From NCBI GenBank assembly GCA_038496445.1, contig JALMLS010000044.1, positions 1 to 48,781 on the forward strand: a stretch of 48,781 nucleotides of DNA, in the 5' to 3' direction. A program made the translations under genes and the position numbers. The notes under the pieces were generated by a model. It worked only from the letters and a program-made list of their open reading frames with translations. It ran no database searches and was not told where the DNA came from. This DNA comes from Trichosphaerium sp. ATCC 40318. Taxonomy: Eukaryota > Protista > Tubulinea. This document shows, piece by piece, positions 20,174 through 34,593 of this stretch. Position 1 is the first letter of the stretch. The number at the start of each line of letters is the position of its first letter.

Positions 20174-23100
20174 TTAGTGGACATTGACCTGTGTGGTTTG
20201 GAAGAGTCTTGAAAACCCTTTTGGCTTGTCAAAAATAACTCAGACAGATTTCTTTTTAGTCTTTCTTTTTTTTTTAAATGTACACGTGTGTTTTGTAAAA
20301 ACACGAAAAAAAATCCCATTCACAACAAAACATTTTCCAATCAATACACAACATGATTGTTGTTGTTGTGGCGTGATATTTCAATAATACCCCTTAGATA
20401 GCTTGCCACATCAGAACGACCTGTATTATCGGCTATATTATCAGCAGTAAGTCCATTACATTCACGTGTAGGATCAGCATTAGCATCAACCAAAAGTTCA
20501 ACAACTTCACCGTGACCTGAAGAAAGGTAAGAAAAAAACATGAACGATTGCTAGTGTCATATTTGAGAGTGTTGTTGATTTTTTTTAAGGTCGATTTACC
20601 TCTCTCAGCTGCCAAACAAAGGGGTGTAAATCCATGGTGGGATATAGCATCAACTGGAACGTGTTTACTCAATAATAAATCAACAATGTCAAAATGGCCA
20701 CTATATAAAACAAACATTAACAAGTGCTTCTAACTTGAGCTTGATACTTGCCTTTCTGCAGCCACATGTATGAGCATTTTTCCATTATGATACAGGGTTG
20801 GGTTTTCGCCATGGTTAAGCATAAAAGCGACAACATCAAGCTTAAACACAGTTAGAATTATTAAGAAGCACTAGTACGTACATGTCCTTGGCTGCACGCA
20901 ACAACCAGTGGTTGAGCTGAAACGCCTTCACCAGATGTAACAGCTCCCTTAGATACTAGGTACTCTACGACATCGCATTTACCAGTTTCAGCAGCAATAT
21001 AAACACTATAACTAAGTAAGCAATGATGTTTGTTAACTCGAATATTCATACGGTGTATACTCATCCTTCCATTTAAAGTTTACATCAGCACCCTGCATCA
21101 TTTTTTATTAATATTTCTGACTTCTGTGATTATTATTTTAAGATATACTACGCACGTGTTCAACTAGTATTTTAACAACAGCCAAATTCCCATTTTGTGA
21201 AGCGACGTACACTATTTTTGTTTAATACGCTTAATACCGAATACAAGTCGTACGTGGTGTTGAGCGTCCTTCTCCAACTAAATCAACTTGTGGACTCCTC
21301 TGTAGTATGCAATCCACAATGTTTATCCTGCCTTTCTCAGCTGCAACGAAAAGAGGGGAGTAGCCTACAAAGAATTAGCACACAAGATAACGTTCTTTGT
21401 TTCTCTTTCTTTACCTTTAAACAAGATATTGACATCTGCTCCTTTATCACACAGGTACTTCACTACGTTCAGATGGTTACCAGAGCACGCAACGTAAACT
21501 AGAGAAGAAACAGATTAACCAAAAATCAAACGAAATAAGGAGACCAAAGAAATATAAAGCAAAGGACTAAAACGAACCTGCAGTGGCACCGTCTTCAATA
21601 GGTGTATCTATCTCAGCGCCAGCCTAAACGCAAGGTATTAGACAGATTTGATTAAACCATTTACTTACATCTAGTAGCTGCTTCACAACACCAAGATATC
21701 CACAATCAGCAGCCTAAAGATGGTCATTAAAATCAACACGCCAACCTTCTTATTCGATTTTTTCACGTGACTCCCACGTGATTTTTTTATTCACCGTTTA
21801 TGAAAACACGTACTTCGTAGAGTGGCGTTCTGCAAGAACCAAGTTGATTAACACAAGCTCCATACTGAATCAATAAACCAACAAGTTCTCTATCATTTCT
21901 CCGTGTTGCTACACATAGAGGTGTCTGACCAGTTATGCCAACACGTAGATTTGGGTTAGCTCCTTTTGAAAGTAGCCAATTAATAGCAATCATGCCATCA
22001 TCCAATGAAGCACATTTTGTAGCTTGGAGAAGTGGAGTACCTAACAAAACAAGTAAGAATTTGAGAACCGAGAATGAAGAGGAGGAAAAAAAAAAAGTCA
22101 AGAGCTATTGTTGCTTACCAAATTCTTCATCTGCGGCTATATTTACAGTTTTTGGGGTGCCGAGAAGTCGAACAATGTCAAGGTGGTTATTTTGAGTAGC
22201 AATAAACAGAGGAGTTCCTAAAAGGAAATCAACTGAGTTTTCTTGCTTTGATAGCTTTGTTTTGAAAAAATACGCACTGCCATGGTCATCTTGAACAGTG
22301 TCATCTACGCCTTGTTCAAGAAGAAAATTACACACATCTAGGTGAGCCTATTGTAGAGAAAAAGGGAGTTAAAACGGAGTTAAAACAAAAGCTAAAATCG
22401 CTTCCTAATATGTTACCTTTTCGGCAGCAACATAAAATGGACTGTAGCATTTAAACTGGATTTCTAAATCTGCTCCATGCTCCGCTAATGCTTTGACAAC
22501 ATCAAGGTGTCCGTTATGACATGCAATATAAACAGGCGTAGCTCCTTCATTAGTAGGAATCTGTAAAAAATCAAAGTAAGTAATCAAAGCCAGACGTAAA
22601 TAGAAGTCTTTGTGTTAACCACAAAAAATCGTACATTAACAAGTGCGCCACAAGAAAGCAAGTAATTAACAATATCGAGATATCCACCTAATACAGACTT
22701 AGACAATTGAACAGTCTACTAAACAGAAATAAAGAAGCATTGCACGTGCGAGCTTAACTAGCTTTACGCTGCTTACTCCATCCGTTATTTTTCCGTTACT
22801 TTTTTTGGAGAAGTTTTTTTGTTTTGTTCTTTTGTACCTTTTGCAGAAGAATAAAGTAATGTTCTTCCTTCTACAGATATACTATTTACATTATGTTCAT
22901 CGACAAGTAACTCGACAATATTGAAGTGACCCTATAAAGTCATAAATTGTTTCCGAAACAGTTTTGTTTTAGTGCGTACGTTATCACATGCCACATACAG
23001 TGGAGATGATCCTACTGCTCCACAACTTTCTAATGTTGCACCAGCACTTATAAGAGATTTTACAATTTCCACGTGACCCTTTAACAATGTTAACACGTGA

Positions 23101-26100
23101 TAATTTCAAAAGACTTTTTTGATAAGATGTATTAGTTTACCTTCATACAAGCAGCATAAAGCGCTGTGTATCCATTAAAATCGCCTTCCACATCAGCACC
23201 GTTCCGGATTAAAAAGTCCACTATATCTTGATGACCATGCTCAGAAGATACATAAAGTATTGGAGCCACGTGAGATCGATAAGAATTAACTTGTGCTCCT
23301 GATTCAACAAGGAATTTTACAACATCCGTATGACCCTTCTCACAGCTTCACAGTCCTTTCATTAGCAAAGATTCAACAGATTTGCGTAAATTACATACCT
23401 AACATATAACGGCGTGTAAGAACCTTTGTATCTGAACTGTAATTGAACGCCATAAGAGAATAAAAGCTCAACAATATCCTAGTTTCAAAATAAACGAAAA
23501 ACCCAACTAATACAATCAAGTTGATTGAAGTTGTACCAAATGACCAAATTCACCTAAGAAACAAAGTTAGAAGGTTGTTTTCTTAACTATGACGTACATG
23601 CTACATATAAAGGTGTTGCGGCGTCCATTGGATGTCCATCTACTGGTAATCCTTGTTCTATAAGGTAGGCGACAATATCTCTAAATCCATTCTTTGCTGC
23701 AATGTACAAAGGAGAGAACCTGGTTTCGAAGAAAAAAAAGTTGAGTACAAATGAAGGGATTTGGTTCTTTTCTCCTTGAGAATATTCTCGCTTACCTGCT
23801 TTTAAATAACCTTTTCTTATCTGCTCCATTCTCTACAAGAAGCTTCACAACATTCAAGTGTCCTTTTTCACTACTGACATAAAGAGGAACTGCTTCTCCT
23901 CTTCCAGTACTATTCACATCTGCTCCGCATTTAATCAGATATTTCAATACCTGAGTTTAATAGTATAAGAAGAAATAGTTGAATCACGTGCGCGAATAGT
24001 GGGTATACATACGTCATAGTTTCCCCGCTCACAAGCAACATATAAAGCTGTTCTTCCTCCATTAAAAGTGTTTATATTAGCCCCTTTTGAAATAAGATAT
24101 TGAGCGACGTCTAAATGACCCTAGAAAAATTATAAATCGCTTTCAACACGCACAAAAGTACATACATTCTTTGCAGCAACGTAAAGCGATGTAAACTAAA
24201 GAAGAAAATAAGTACAAGAGTACACCCAATGCAGAAAAAAAAACCAACGAATCCATAAAATCTTGTCTTGGATTATACCTGTTGTCTGAATCTGAACTTT
24301 ATAGATGCACCATGATCCAAAAGAAGTCTCACAACATCACACCGACCCTTATATAAATTAGAAACGCCAATCTTATGACAAGGCTCTATGGTACGTGTTC
24401 ACTAGCAACATAAAGTGGTGTCGCATTTTCCTCTCCCTTATACAAATCGACACTAGCACCATTCTCTAATAGCACACCAACACATTCTGTATATCCCTAT
24501 GAACGTCATTAGGTTAGATACAAAAGCGATTTAGTTTATCCAATAGAATACTCACCTCTCTTGCAGCTGCGTAAGTCCTTTATTGAGAAGGAAGGGGTTA
24601 GCGTAATAATTTAAGAAAAAAAAATCCGAAATCAAGCTTACGGTGTTGTGCCATCACTGAGCGCTATATAATATATAAGTTTGTGATCAAAGTATTTAAT
24701 TATAATTTTACCATCTACGTTAGCACCTACAGATGCTAAGAAACGAACAATATCAACATGTCCGTGATCAGCAGCGACATATAGAGGAGTAAATAAATTT
24801 TTGAATTTAATCTCTAAATTTGCTCCATGCTCAATAAGTAGCTTTGCTACATCCAAATGACCTCGTTGACAGCATACCTAATTGAATCATAAATATAAAA
24901 GACATAAAAAAAATAAAAATCCCAGTGTACGTATAATGGTGTGCTGTTGTGCTTTCCGTGAAGTTTTGGGTTAGGTGCAGTAAAATTAACCTAATTTCGT
25001 CAATTGTGCGTTTACTACCACAAGCAATTTACCTTCCCTCCTATTGATAGAAGGTATTTTACTGTATCATAATTACCAGTACTACAGGCAGCCCAAAGTG
25101 TTGTAAATCCTTGAGAGGAGATCTGAAGAGAAAAAACTGTCATTTTAATCCTTTCGCTTCCCTTTGGCGTACTTGGTTGGCTGGGTCATCTGCTGTATTC
25201 TCTAATAGTTTAGCTATCTCAAGATGTCCATTTTGACACGCTATTTTATAGGAATAAGAGAAAAAGAGTTCTAAAGGGATAGTTTGAGTGAAGCAACTTA
25301 CCAATATGAAAAGGTATTTTTCCAGTACTTGATCTAACGTCTCTACATGCTCCCTTGGAAAGAAGGTACTTTACTATACCCAAGTGACCATGTACACAAG
25401 CCCTTTAAATGTATTAGTTGGCATGAATAAATCACAGAACATCTCGGTAGGCTTTGACATTTTTGAGTTTCTTTTTCTTTTTTTTTTAGTTTCGTAGTTT
25501 TTTCTTACTTGTACAAAGGCGTGCACCCTTCTGATACTTCCCTTTCTATGTTTGCGCCCTACTTGCAATTAGTTTGAAATATACATTTCCATTATAATTT
25601 TTGACTTATTACGCACGTGATCAACAAGGTACTTAACAATCGCCAATCGTCCGTTCTCTTAAAAAACATAAATAAGTTTATTTTACACAAAGCAATATAA
25701 AGCATTACGACGCGAAGAGAAAGGATTTCTGATCAAATTGGTGTCATGTGCGGTCAATAATTTAAAATTAACGATCACCCACAAATAAGCCTAATTAAAT
25801 AACCTCCTTTGATGCTATTAACGTAACCAAGGTGACTCCCAACGAGTTATACTTTTTCAACAACAAAAAAACAAAAAAGAAAAGAAAGAGATTTGATGTC
25901 GTTGACAGGTGACAACAATCAGAAAAAATAATAGTCTCTTCGTACCAACGGCGATGCATAGCGCTGTAGGACCTTTATTTGCACCAGATATATCAACATT
26001 AGCACCTCTACTTTAAAAATGAACAAAGACGCATATAGATGGTAGGATTTGTTTATAGTGTAAACAAGTGACACGTACGCTTCTACAAGAGCTCTTACTA

Positions 26101-26660
26101 TTGCCAGATTACCAACTTTTGTTGCGTTTACTAAAGGAGGATCTATACTTCTAGCGCTTAAGCTGTTCACGTTAACTCCTCCCTATAAATGATGTTATAA
26201 TCATAATATATACTATCTATGGGTTGTATATAACCCAATAAGAGAACCTACGGATCAACACGTTTGGTAGAAACGGCTGGAATTCAAAAAAGAGAAAAAA
26301 AAAACGATCCTCTTGTTTTTTAATGAGTTAAAAAATGATGATGTTGGGATTTCTCTAAACCGCTTATTCCTTTAATATCATACGTACAGCAATCGTTTGT
26401 ATCACCTTTTCATAATTATTCTCCTCTATAGCAAACGCGAGTTTCTAAAATACAATACAATTAATGTTAATCAAATCAATAATATGTTTTATGCATTGAA
26501 ACCTCACGTGACGTTTCGAAACATCACAGAGCAAAACAAATAAAAAAAAAAAAACAAAAAAAATTATTAAACAAGAATTAAAACGTGCCTCCCTCGGTGT
26601 TGCATCGAAAATAGTCGCAGACAATCGGGAGAGAAAGTCGCGTTCCGCGTTGCCTTCCAT
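20174..26660 (-). CDS. Large ankyrin-repeat protein (roughly 30 repeats) split by dozens of short introns
   Basis: Repeated TPLYxAxxxGHxDIVxxLxxxGAxV units, e.g. TPLYVAADHGHVDIVRFLASVGANVD and TPVYIACHNGHLDVVKALAEHGADL. Start MEGNAERDFLS at 26660; stop at 20174 or 20341. Confidence 0.88.
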
Positions 26661-27220
26661 TAGACAAACGAAGGCGCTTAGATTAAGTAACGCGGTATAT
26701 AAGGTACTTAAAGCTCGAGAAGGATTGTCTTCGTTACGTTGCTTATCATAAAAAAGCGTTTTGATTTTGTGGGAATATTCGGACGTCAACTTTTCCGTCA
26801 TTTTGTATCCCTGGAATTGCCTACAAGAATATACCCTCTTTGGAGGTTACAGAAAGCATAGTAATACGGAGAGTTATAAAGTCTGTGGAATTTCTGGTTT
26901 TATAATCCTTCTCGTGCATCGCCGATGGCGTACACTGCAAACTGAAAGGGTTTTGTCTCAAAGGAATTTGTTACTCAAATGTTTTACAAAACGTGCAGTA
27001 AAAATGTACTGTAAACTTCAGAAAAAAACAAAAAAAAACACCGAACTTCTGTACTCATGGAGTATGATCTAAGTACGTAACTCCAAACAACACAATTCTA
27101 CCATGCGTTTGACATGTCTATTTCTCGAAAATAATCGAGTGAAACTGAGAAAATATTCACAACAAAAAAATCATTACTACGTTTTTTGGTCTTTCGGTAT
27201 TTTTTTATTTCAGTTACAAT

Positions 27221-28158
27221 TTATTCCGTTGGTGGTTCAAGTTCACCTGTAGAAAAAAAACAATGTAAGTAACAAGTCGCATGTCAATAAAATTGCCTTT
27301 AAAAAGAGAACGTACCAGACTTTATTTCAGCGATAATATCTTTTGGAGATTTACCGTCTACTTTACAGCCTATAACAATCGTAAGTATTCGGTATAATAA
27401 CACAACAAACAAACAGTTTCAAAACGGAAAAAAATACGTTTTCACAAAAAATCAACGTAATCGTCGCTTTTGTGCTGAATATCGCGTCAAACGGCGCATA
27501 GTACGTACCTACGGACATGCAAGCACCCAACATTTCCAAAACAACACCAGAAAAGTCTCTTGCGAGTGATTTGAATCTCATTGCTCTAGCGACATTATAT
27601 ACGTCATCAAGTGTGAGGTCACCATCATGGAGAACTAATGACGTCTAAGTGAATTGCCACAACAAAAAAAAAAATGCGAATGTTGCGCATTCTGCTGTGT
27701 AAAGTAGCTACGCACTGTTCTTTTCCTTTTTTCTGTCGCGCACAGGTTCGTTTAGTGCTTTAATGATGAGAGCAGAAGCTGTAGGTACAACTGTGCATTC
27801 AGCTTGTCTGTTTTGCACTGTAAGTTTGCAGGTTACGCGAATACCCTTCCAGTCTTTTGAAGCAGAAGCAATTTGATCTCCCAATCTTTTTGGGGACTAC
27901 AGAGTGTTACAAGCGCGTCGGCGTTGATAAATACGACAAATAAACCCCTTTGTGTCGAATCCGGAAGAAGAATAGAAAAATAGCTGCAATCGCCTTTTGT
28001 AACGTACCATACCGAGAGGACCGATTTTAGGGGCCAATGTAGCGGCATTTGGAGCTTCACCACCCCAAGCGCGGACGAATACTAGTAGATCTTTAGCTTC
28101 AGTGTTAAAAGTTAATTGTACCTTCGTGTACAGCGGTAGGATCAAACTTTGGAGGCAT
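27221..28158 (-). CDS. RPL12: 60S ribosomal protein uL11 (L12)
   Basis: [95 protein letters not shown]. Confidence 0.97.
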
Positions 28159-28752
28159 TGTGTGGCGATACTATGTCAAAAAACTAAAATGCTTAAGCGC
28201 GAAATTTCTCAGGAAGAAAACAACTTTGGTCAAGATAAGCTAAATTTTAGTTTCACTACAACGCGAGCATTACTTGGTAGGTACAAAGACATGAACTGTT
28301 TCTACAAGCAGGACCCAGGTACTTTTTGAATAAACGCAGCCTTACGTTGTTTGCCAAAACACGTTCTGGATATTCTCTTGGCGATGCAAACGTTCGTTCT
28401 GCGCTCGGTACGCACTAGAATGCATTTTCTCGATTTCTGTCTCTTTTCTTGCTTCTGATGTGAACTTCTCACAATGAGACTCTGTCGTTGAAGATAAAAT
28501 GCTGTTTCAGGCTGAAGCCAAATCACAAAGCCAAGTTTTTTATTAATATTTCTCTGTTCGACGCTTATTTTCTCAAAGGTATCACCCCACCGTAACGTAG
28601 AATGAAACAAACATCTTAATAAAAATAATTACTTCAAACCAAGTGTCTCAGTGTTTTAGCGCTACAACTACTCTTTTATTTATACCTCTTTGCGCCTGTG
28701 CGTGCCTTTACAATAACATCACACCGATTAGCTTCGCCTACACATTTCAAAG

Positions 28753-30048
28753 TTATGGTTCCTTGTGTTCTTCAATGAGCACTACACCAATGTAGAACTT
28801 GCTAAGCTCGTTGTTAGAACCTGAAAGTGCAACTTGGGAGGCGTACTCCAAGTCCCAATAGTAGCTGCCAAAAAATCCTATTAACGCAAGTACCAGCGTC
28901 CACTGTGTGGCTCCGCCAATGTTATAATATGTGGACTTCGAAAAAATGTATCCTGAAGCCGGATGAAGTATCATGGCCGCCACAATCGTGATGCCTTTTG
29001 GGTGCGTAAACCAAAAAGTGTAAAAAAAAATTTTCCTTCGACGTACAGACAAAGCACGTGCAGGTAAGTTTGGTGTAATAAGATTTCAAGCTTATATGAC
29101 CTTTAGCGAACGCTACAAGAGCTCCACTTTGAGTTTTGCTCGTTATGACAACATGATAAATATAACCTTTATGTCAAGGAAAAAAAAGTTTAAAAATGCG
29201 CGTATTGGGAATGACTTCGTTTTAAATGAGCGTCATTGTTCTGGTAAGGATACACACACATAAAGCATGAGCTAAGGAACCAAAAAAGAATGCACCTGCT
29301 CCACCTAGCCGAGATTAAGCTTCAGTTCCAAAAAAGAAGAAAATTATTAAATACAAATAAATACACTGAAATAAATCAGCTCAGAGCGTCTACTAACCTT
29401 GATGGATGATAGATTGTGTACTCAATATTGCCTGTCCTTCAATAACGTCGAGTATATCATGCTAGAGTAGAAATGAATACTTTTTCAACAAAAAAACTGA
29501 GAAACAAAATGGGAAAAAGTGGGAACATTTTTCATGATTTAATGGAGCGCGCGACGCGTTTTCACTTTGTTTGGAGGCACTGTTGTCGTTAGTTGAAAAT
29601 GTAGAGTTTGGTAAATGTAAGCGTACCTGTAAAGGCACTATTGCTTGTGTCCCTAAGCCTACAGCGGCGATATAACCGCCCATAACTGCAATATTACAAT
29701 ATAATGTTAGATTAGGGGCTTGGTTCCTTATAAAGCCTATAATCTGGCTGAGGAGTACAGCTAGAGTAAGGAAAACTAAAGCTGCTGTTCCCAATCCTGC
29801 TATATAAACAAATGACTCTGGAGCGTGGTTACCAGTTAAACTGAGCGGTGGTATCTACATTTAGACAGTTTAGGTAATGGGGATCATCACAGGTCAGTAC
29901 GACGTACAAACAGCGATTTTGGAGTGTGGTTGAGCGACTTGGATACTGTGAGAGTAATAGCAAGCGTTGCTGTTGTAATGGCTAGCGTACAAATCGCTAA
30001 AGTTGACGCAGGCACTGCTCCTGTAAAGCCGGTGTATCGTTGTAGCAT
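28753..30048 (-). CDS. Frag1/DRAM/Sfk1 (TMEM150-like) multi-pass membrane protein
   Basis: IPPLSLTGNHAPESFVYIAGL (P.IS.TG...PES motif), IIHQ..GAGAFFFG, GATQWTLVLALIGFFGSYYWDL; about 6 hydrophobic segments. The last exon is uncertain. Confidence 0.75.
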
Positions 30049-30584
30049 TTGATGAGGTTTTGAACAAAGTGGCTTAGTCTGGTTGCGATTGCGTCTTTTT
30101 ACAAATTGCCGTAGTTCAGCGAATGTTGAGTTGGCTCTTTTTTGCTCTATGTGCAAGCGTTCATCTACGTATAAGCTTTACAGTGCACGTGTAGTGTTTA
30201 GCTCTGCATGTACCATTATAAGCCAAGAAATATACCTAGTTGCTGTCCTTAGGCGTTGTGAGACGTAATTCGGGTTATATAGGATAAATTATCCTAAATA
30301 AGAACCTTTGTGTCAACCGTTTTTTGCCTCACAACATATTTGTAGTTTTTGTTTTAGCTTTCTATGAGTACTAGCGCGTAGGCCATTCGTTTCGCATGAT
30401 TGTGGATACTACATGGATTATTTACAACAGCTTAACAACCTCGTTCAAAGGACCCACGATAGACTTCAAGCACTGGTTTTAACGATCGAGACTTTTAATT
30501 CAGTTTTATTTTATTCATGTCTTAATTAAGAAACTTATATTTTATTGCTCTAACAGCATCACATCATTTCGTCACTATAATTTC

Positions 30585-32849
30585 ATGACTGGTATGGTAC
30601 AATTAGCTATAGTAATAGTTTTTACGAGCTTACTCACAAGAACAACACTTGGTACGCCATCAAAACAGATTTCTTTAGCCAGAGCATACTGTTGCTGTAT
30701 CTGATTAATATCAAAAAACAGATAAAAATTCCTAAGTAATTGGCGTGTAGGTTTACCCTCAGGCAATTCAGCCAACTTTACAGGTAATGCAGACGCATAT
30801 GACACCAGTGGTGGTATCAAGATAAACAACGAAGATTTTCGTGATTACGACGATCTATCTATCGGTGCTTGGGTCAAACTTCAAGATACGTACGTCCAAT
30901 AATACATTAAAGCTCAGGCTCAACATTTGCTAACGATCATTGTGCCAGTGGTTGCAGCAGAGGGTGTGGTATTTTTTCGATATTTGGGACATCAGGTGCT
31001 GGGCAAGGCGATGGCAAGGGCTTGTACTTCAGTATTGGCGATAATAACAAACCGACATCGAAGGGTCAGCTCGCCTTTGAGCGCTATATACCTGTCAATA
31101 ATTACGATAAGCAACCACTTAATTTTAATGAAAACGTGGACGCAAGAGTCAAGTCAATGGCGTGGGTACGTAGTATAATAACCTGCCTAGTGTTTGTTGT
31201 AATAGTTGTTGTTTCTAGACTTACGTATACTTTGCACGTGCTTCAACCGGCAAAATCATTTTACAATCTCATCAAGGAGAGAATGAGTCTCGCAGAGAAT
31301 ATGATGTTAAAGAACCATTGATACGATCAGAACAAGTACGCTTGTACAGGGAGTTAAGATGTTAACTAGAACTGGAAGGGTTTTTTTACGATTGGCTGTG
31401 TAACCTATCAAGATCAAGTACAATGGGGTTTCAGGGTAAGTTTATACAGTATATTATGACTTATTACATGAATAGGGAGAAATGGATGAAGTGAGGATAT
31501 GGAACAAGTAAGTACAACAGCAAGTACTCTTTAGTTTTTATTGATTGTGGTGTTACAAGGACTTTCTCTTCACAAGAAGTCATCGATATCGCATCAAATC
31601 CACCAATTGATGATCCCAACCTTCTTTACTACTTTGATTTCGAATCAGGGTTTGATCCAGTTGTATCAGCAAAGGCTGTAACAACTGAATTAATTGGCAG
31701 AGCAACTGAATTTGTACCTACCATTATGTAAGATGCTTTATCATTTCTTCACGTGTTATGTTGTCTTACATTAACAAATAGCACCCCTCCTCCCAGCGAC
31801 AATCCCTCTCCGCCAGCCACAACGAATACTTTTCCAAATGTAAGCCAACAAAGTAGCTGGTAGCTTAAAAATTAACAACCTACGTTGTAGATAGAACCAC
31901 GATTGGACTGTATTATTCAAAACAATGCAAACTCATTTACTGCAATACTTGGATGGGAAACAACAGTGCGTCTTTCTTTTGTTCTTTCATTCACTTAAAA
32001 ATTACTTAATCGTTATTTCAAGGAGAGTAATATTGAAGTATCGATTGGTGATGATAATATGTTGACAGCACCTGGTTCAACTCAATCTCCACCAACTGAG
32101 TTTCTGGGTAGTGCATTGTTCTACCCATCTGATGGACCTTTTTTGCTTCAATATTCAGGAGGAGTTGGTACATGGATACTTGGTAAAGGTGTCATACAGT
32201 TTGATAGCTCTAATCAAAATATAAGATGTGTCACCACAGGCACGTTATATTGTTTCGCAGTATTTTTTTCACTGTTCTAACTTGTATACGCTAGAAGCGT
32301 CTTTATCAATAGATCTTGATGATCCACATCCTCTGGATTCCGGTACCCTCACTAAGATCAACGTAGAGGTAGCCAATGGATTGGGTGTAGATGTAAACCT
32401 GACAACAGCGGTTCAATCACCATCGTCGAAGAAACGTCAAGCGCAAACAACAGTTACTGTAACTGTTTCACGTATGTTGTTTGATTTCGTAATACAGAAA
32501 CCGAGAAATATTGACCTTGTTTGTAGAGTCAGTTGGTGTTCAACCAGTGGACGTTGTTGGATCATTTGTGAACAACTCAACACGCGTTACTGCAACAATA
32601 AATGGAATTACAACATCAGGAGATGTCACAGTCAGGGTACTTGTTCTTTTCACGTTTTGAGTTAACATTTTTTCTTAGTCTATTCGCACTCCAGCTCCAC
32701 CTACACTTGCTCGTTCTGCGCCAAGGTCATCAACCCCTCCACCTTCAAGTACAGCGCCTCCAAGCTCAGGATACTCTCTCAGGCCTTTCTCAATACTTCA
32801 ATTGTGGTTAACTGTCTCTTCATGTCTCGTCTTTATATTTGCCTTTTGA
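30585..32849 (+). CDS. Cell-surface protein B: signal peptide, LamG/ConA-like domain, two further domains, Ser/Pro stalk, GPI-like tail
   Basis: MVQLAIVIVFTSLLTRTTLG; GGIKINNEDFRDYDDLSIGAWVKL; GEMDEVRIWN; LLYYFDFESG; CIIQNNANSFTAILGWE; C-terminus PSSGYSLRPFSILQLWLTVSSCLVFIFAF*. Confidence 0.8.
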
Positions 32850-33145
32850 CTGGAAAGTCTGTTTTGTTTACCCTTTAACTAGCAACGAAAAAATACTGTC
32901 ACAAAAAAACACCTTTGTCACTTTCCTAATTTATCGAATAAAACAACTTTATTATTGACTTGCTCTGTACTTTACCAAATTAAGAAATGGTTTAAGATAT
33001 TTAATTACCTGAATTCAGTGATAACTCAGTGGTGACACCGCCTTTTCTGTTCTACAAGCAGTTTTGTGAATTGCGAAACAACTATTTGCTTCAACTTAAA
33101 ATGGTTAAATGCACCCCAAGGCAAAACGTAAGCAGTGCCAAGGTT

Positions 33146-33434
33146 ATGACTACAAGAGTACTATTAGCTGTAATACTACTTATGTTCTCTTGTTTGCTCA
33201 CTAGAACAACACGTGGTGAGTGTCAACATGCACGTTTTTAGAACTAGAGCTTTACAAAACCATTCTTTTTGTTTATGTAACTTGAGTTTAGTCTATTCCA
33301 GTTCCACCAACACTTGCTCGTTCTGCGCCAAGGTCACCAAACCCTCCACCTTCAAATACAGCACCTCCAAGCTAAGGATGCTCTCAGGAATTATCAATAC
33401 TTCAAATGTGGTTAGCTGTCGCTTCAATTCTTAG
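33146..33434 (+). pseudogene. Internally deleted duplicate of surface protein B (signal exon plus last exon only)
   Basis: Signal exon MTTRVLLAVILLMFSCLLTRTTR|gtgagt resembles B exon 1. 33291-33450 copies the last exon of B (32679-32849) with a TAA in the original frame. Confidence 0.7.
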
Positions 33435-34593
33435 CCTTACATTTGACGTTTGACCAAAAGTCTCTTTTTTACTACTCATTAACACAAACATTTCCCTTTA
33501 TCTGTTTATTTTTTCACCAAACAAAATAGTGAGTTCATACTAACTTTAATATCTCATACACCGGCTACAATTTGAGTAACGGTTTGTCACTTAGACGGGT
33601 TTTGGGATTTTACCAGAGCCATAATTCATGTAGGTTGAAAGAAATCTGTTGGGTTTATCTCTTCCGTTTTGTAGATATTGTAGCATACTATAGCAAGCAA
33701 GTCCTGAACATACCAGTATTGTAACTGAAAGTGGTACTCGTTCGCATATAACAGTCATTCCATAGTCAAATGACAGTTTCGCAGCAATGCTAAGAGTAGA
33801 AGTGAGTGGAGTTCAGCACTAAATCATTATTTGTTACTTGCATACAGAAAAAGGAAAAGGTTTCTTTCTCTGGCGTATATTTGTTCCTTACTTTCCTTCG
33901 TTTGTTCTGATATGACAAGGATTTTAGCATGTTTTTAAAAAACTGCAAAGAGCTCACTTAACGTTTTGTTGCTTAGCTTTGTGTTCCCGGGTTTTTTGCT
34001 GGACACGTTGTAGGAGCGTGTTATCACGTGCTCCAAAGCTTGCAGCTATCATTTTGCCCTATATGATAAGTCACTTCAGGTTAGTAAGTATTTATTGGTA
34101 AACAGCTTGGGCTAAACAGGTCATCTCATTGTACTTCAGGTGGGAAATACTGTGGCTTTCTTAATTGAAGGCTTTACCCAAGCGTCACCTCATCACGTTC
34201 TACACATGTACACGTGTAAGCAAAGAGAGACTTGGGCGGATATTTGCTCGACTACGGATAAAAGAGCAAGAGTACAATACTCGTTTTAACAAAATACACG
34301 CTGTGCGTTGTGGAGATGTAAATGTCTAGATAGAAAGTGCAGTTGGTTTGTATGGGATGTAATTATAACAACATTCTCACCTATTAAACAGTTTCGTGTC
34401 AGATCAATAATGTATTCTTTTAACATCTCTAGCTATGTGATTCACAGTATTAACAAATGACAGTGTGAACAGTGAAAAAATAATGTTGTTTTTTTAATTT
34501 TGATAAAACAATACCACATAGCAACATAATGAAATGATTTTAGTTGTCTGAGGTATCACAAGCAACAATGTTTGGGATTTTGAAATTACAGTT

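Noticed and set aside
27360-28010. snoRNAs in RPL12 introns
   Set aside because: No clear C/D or H/ACA box pairs were seen.
33460-34590. Possible hidden gene between the mini-gene and the F-box-LRR gene
   Set aside because: All frames are interrupted and no motif is recognisable.
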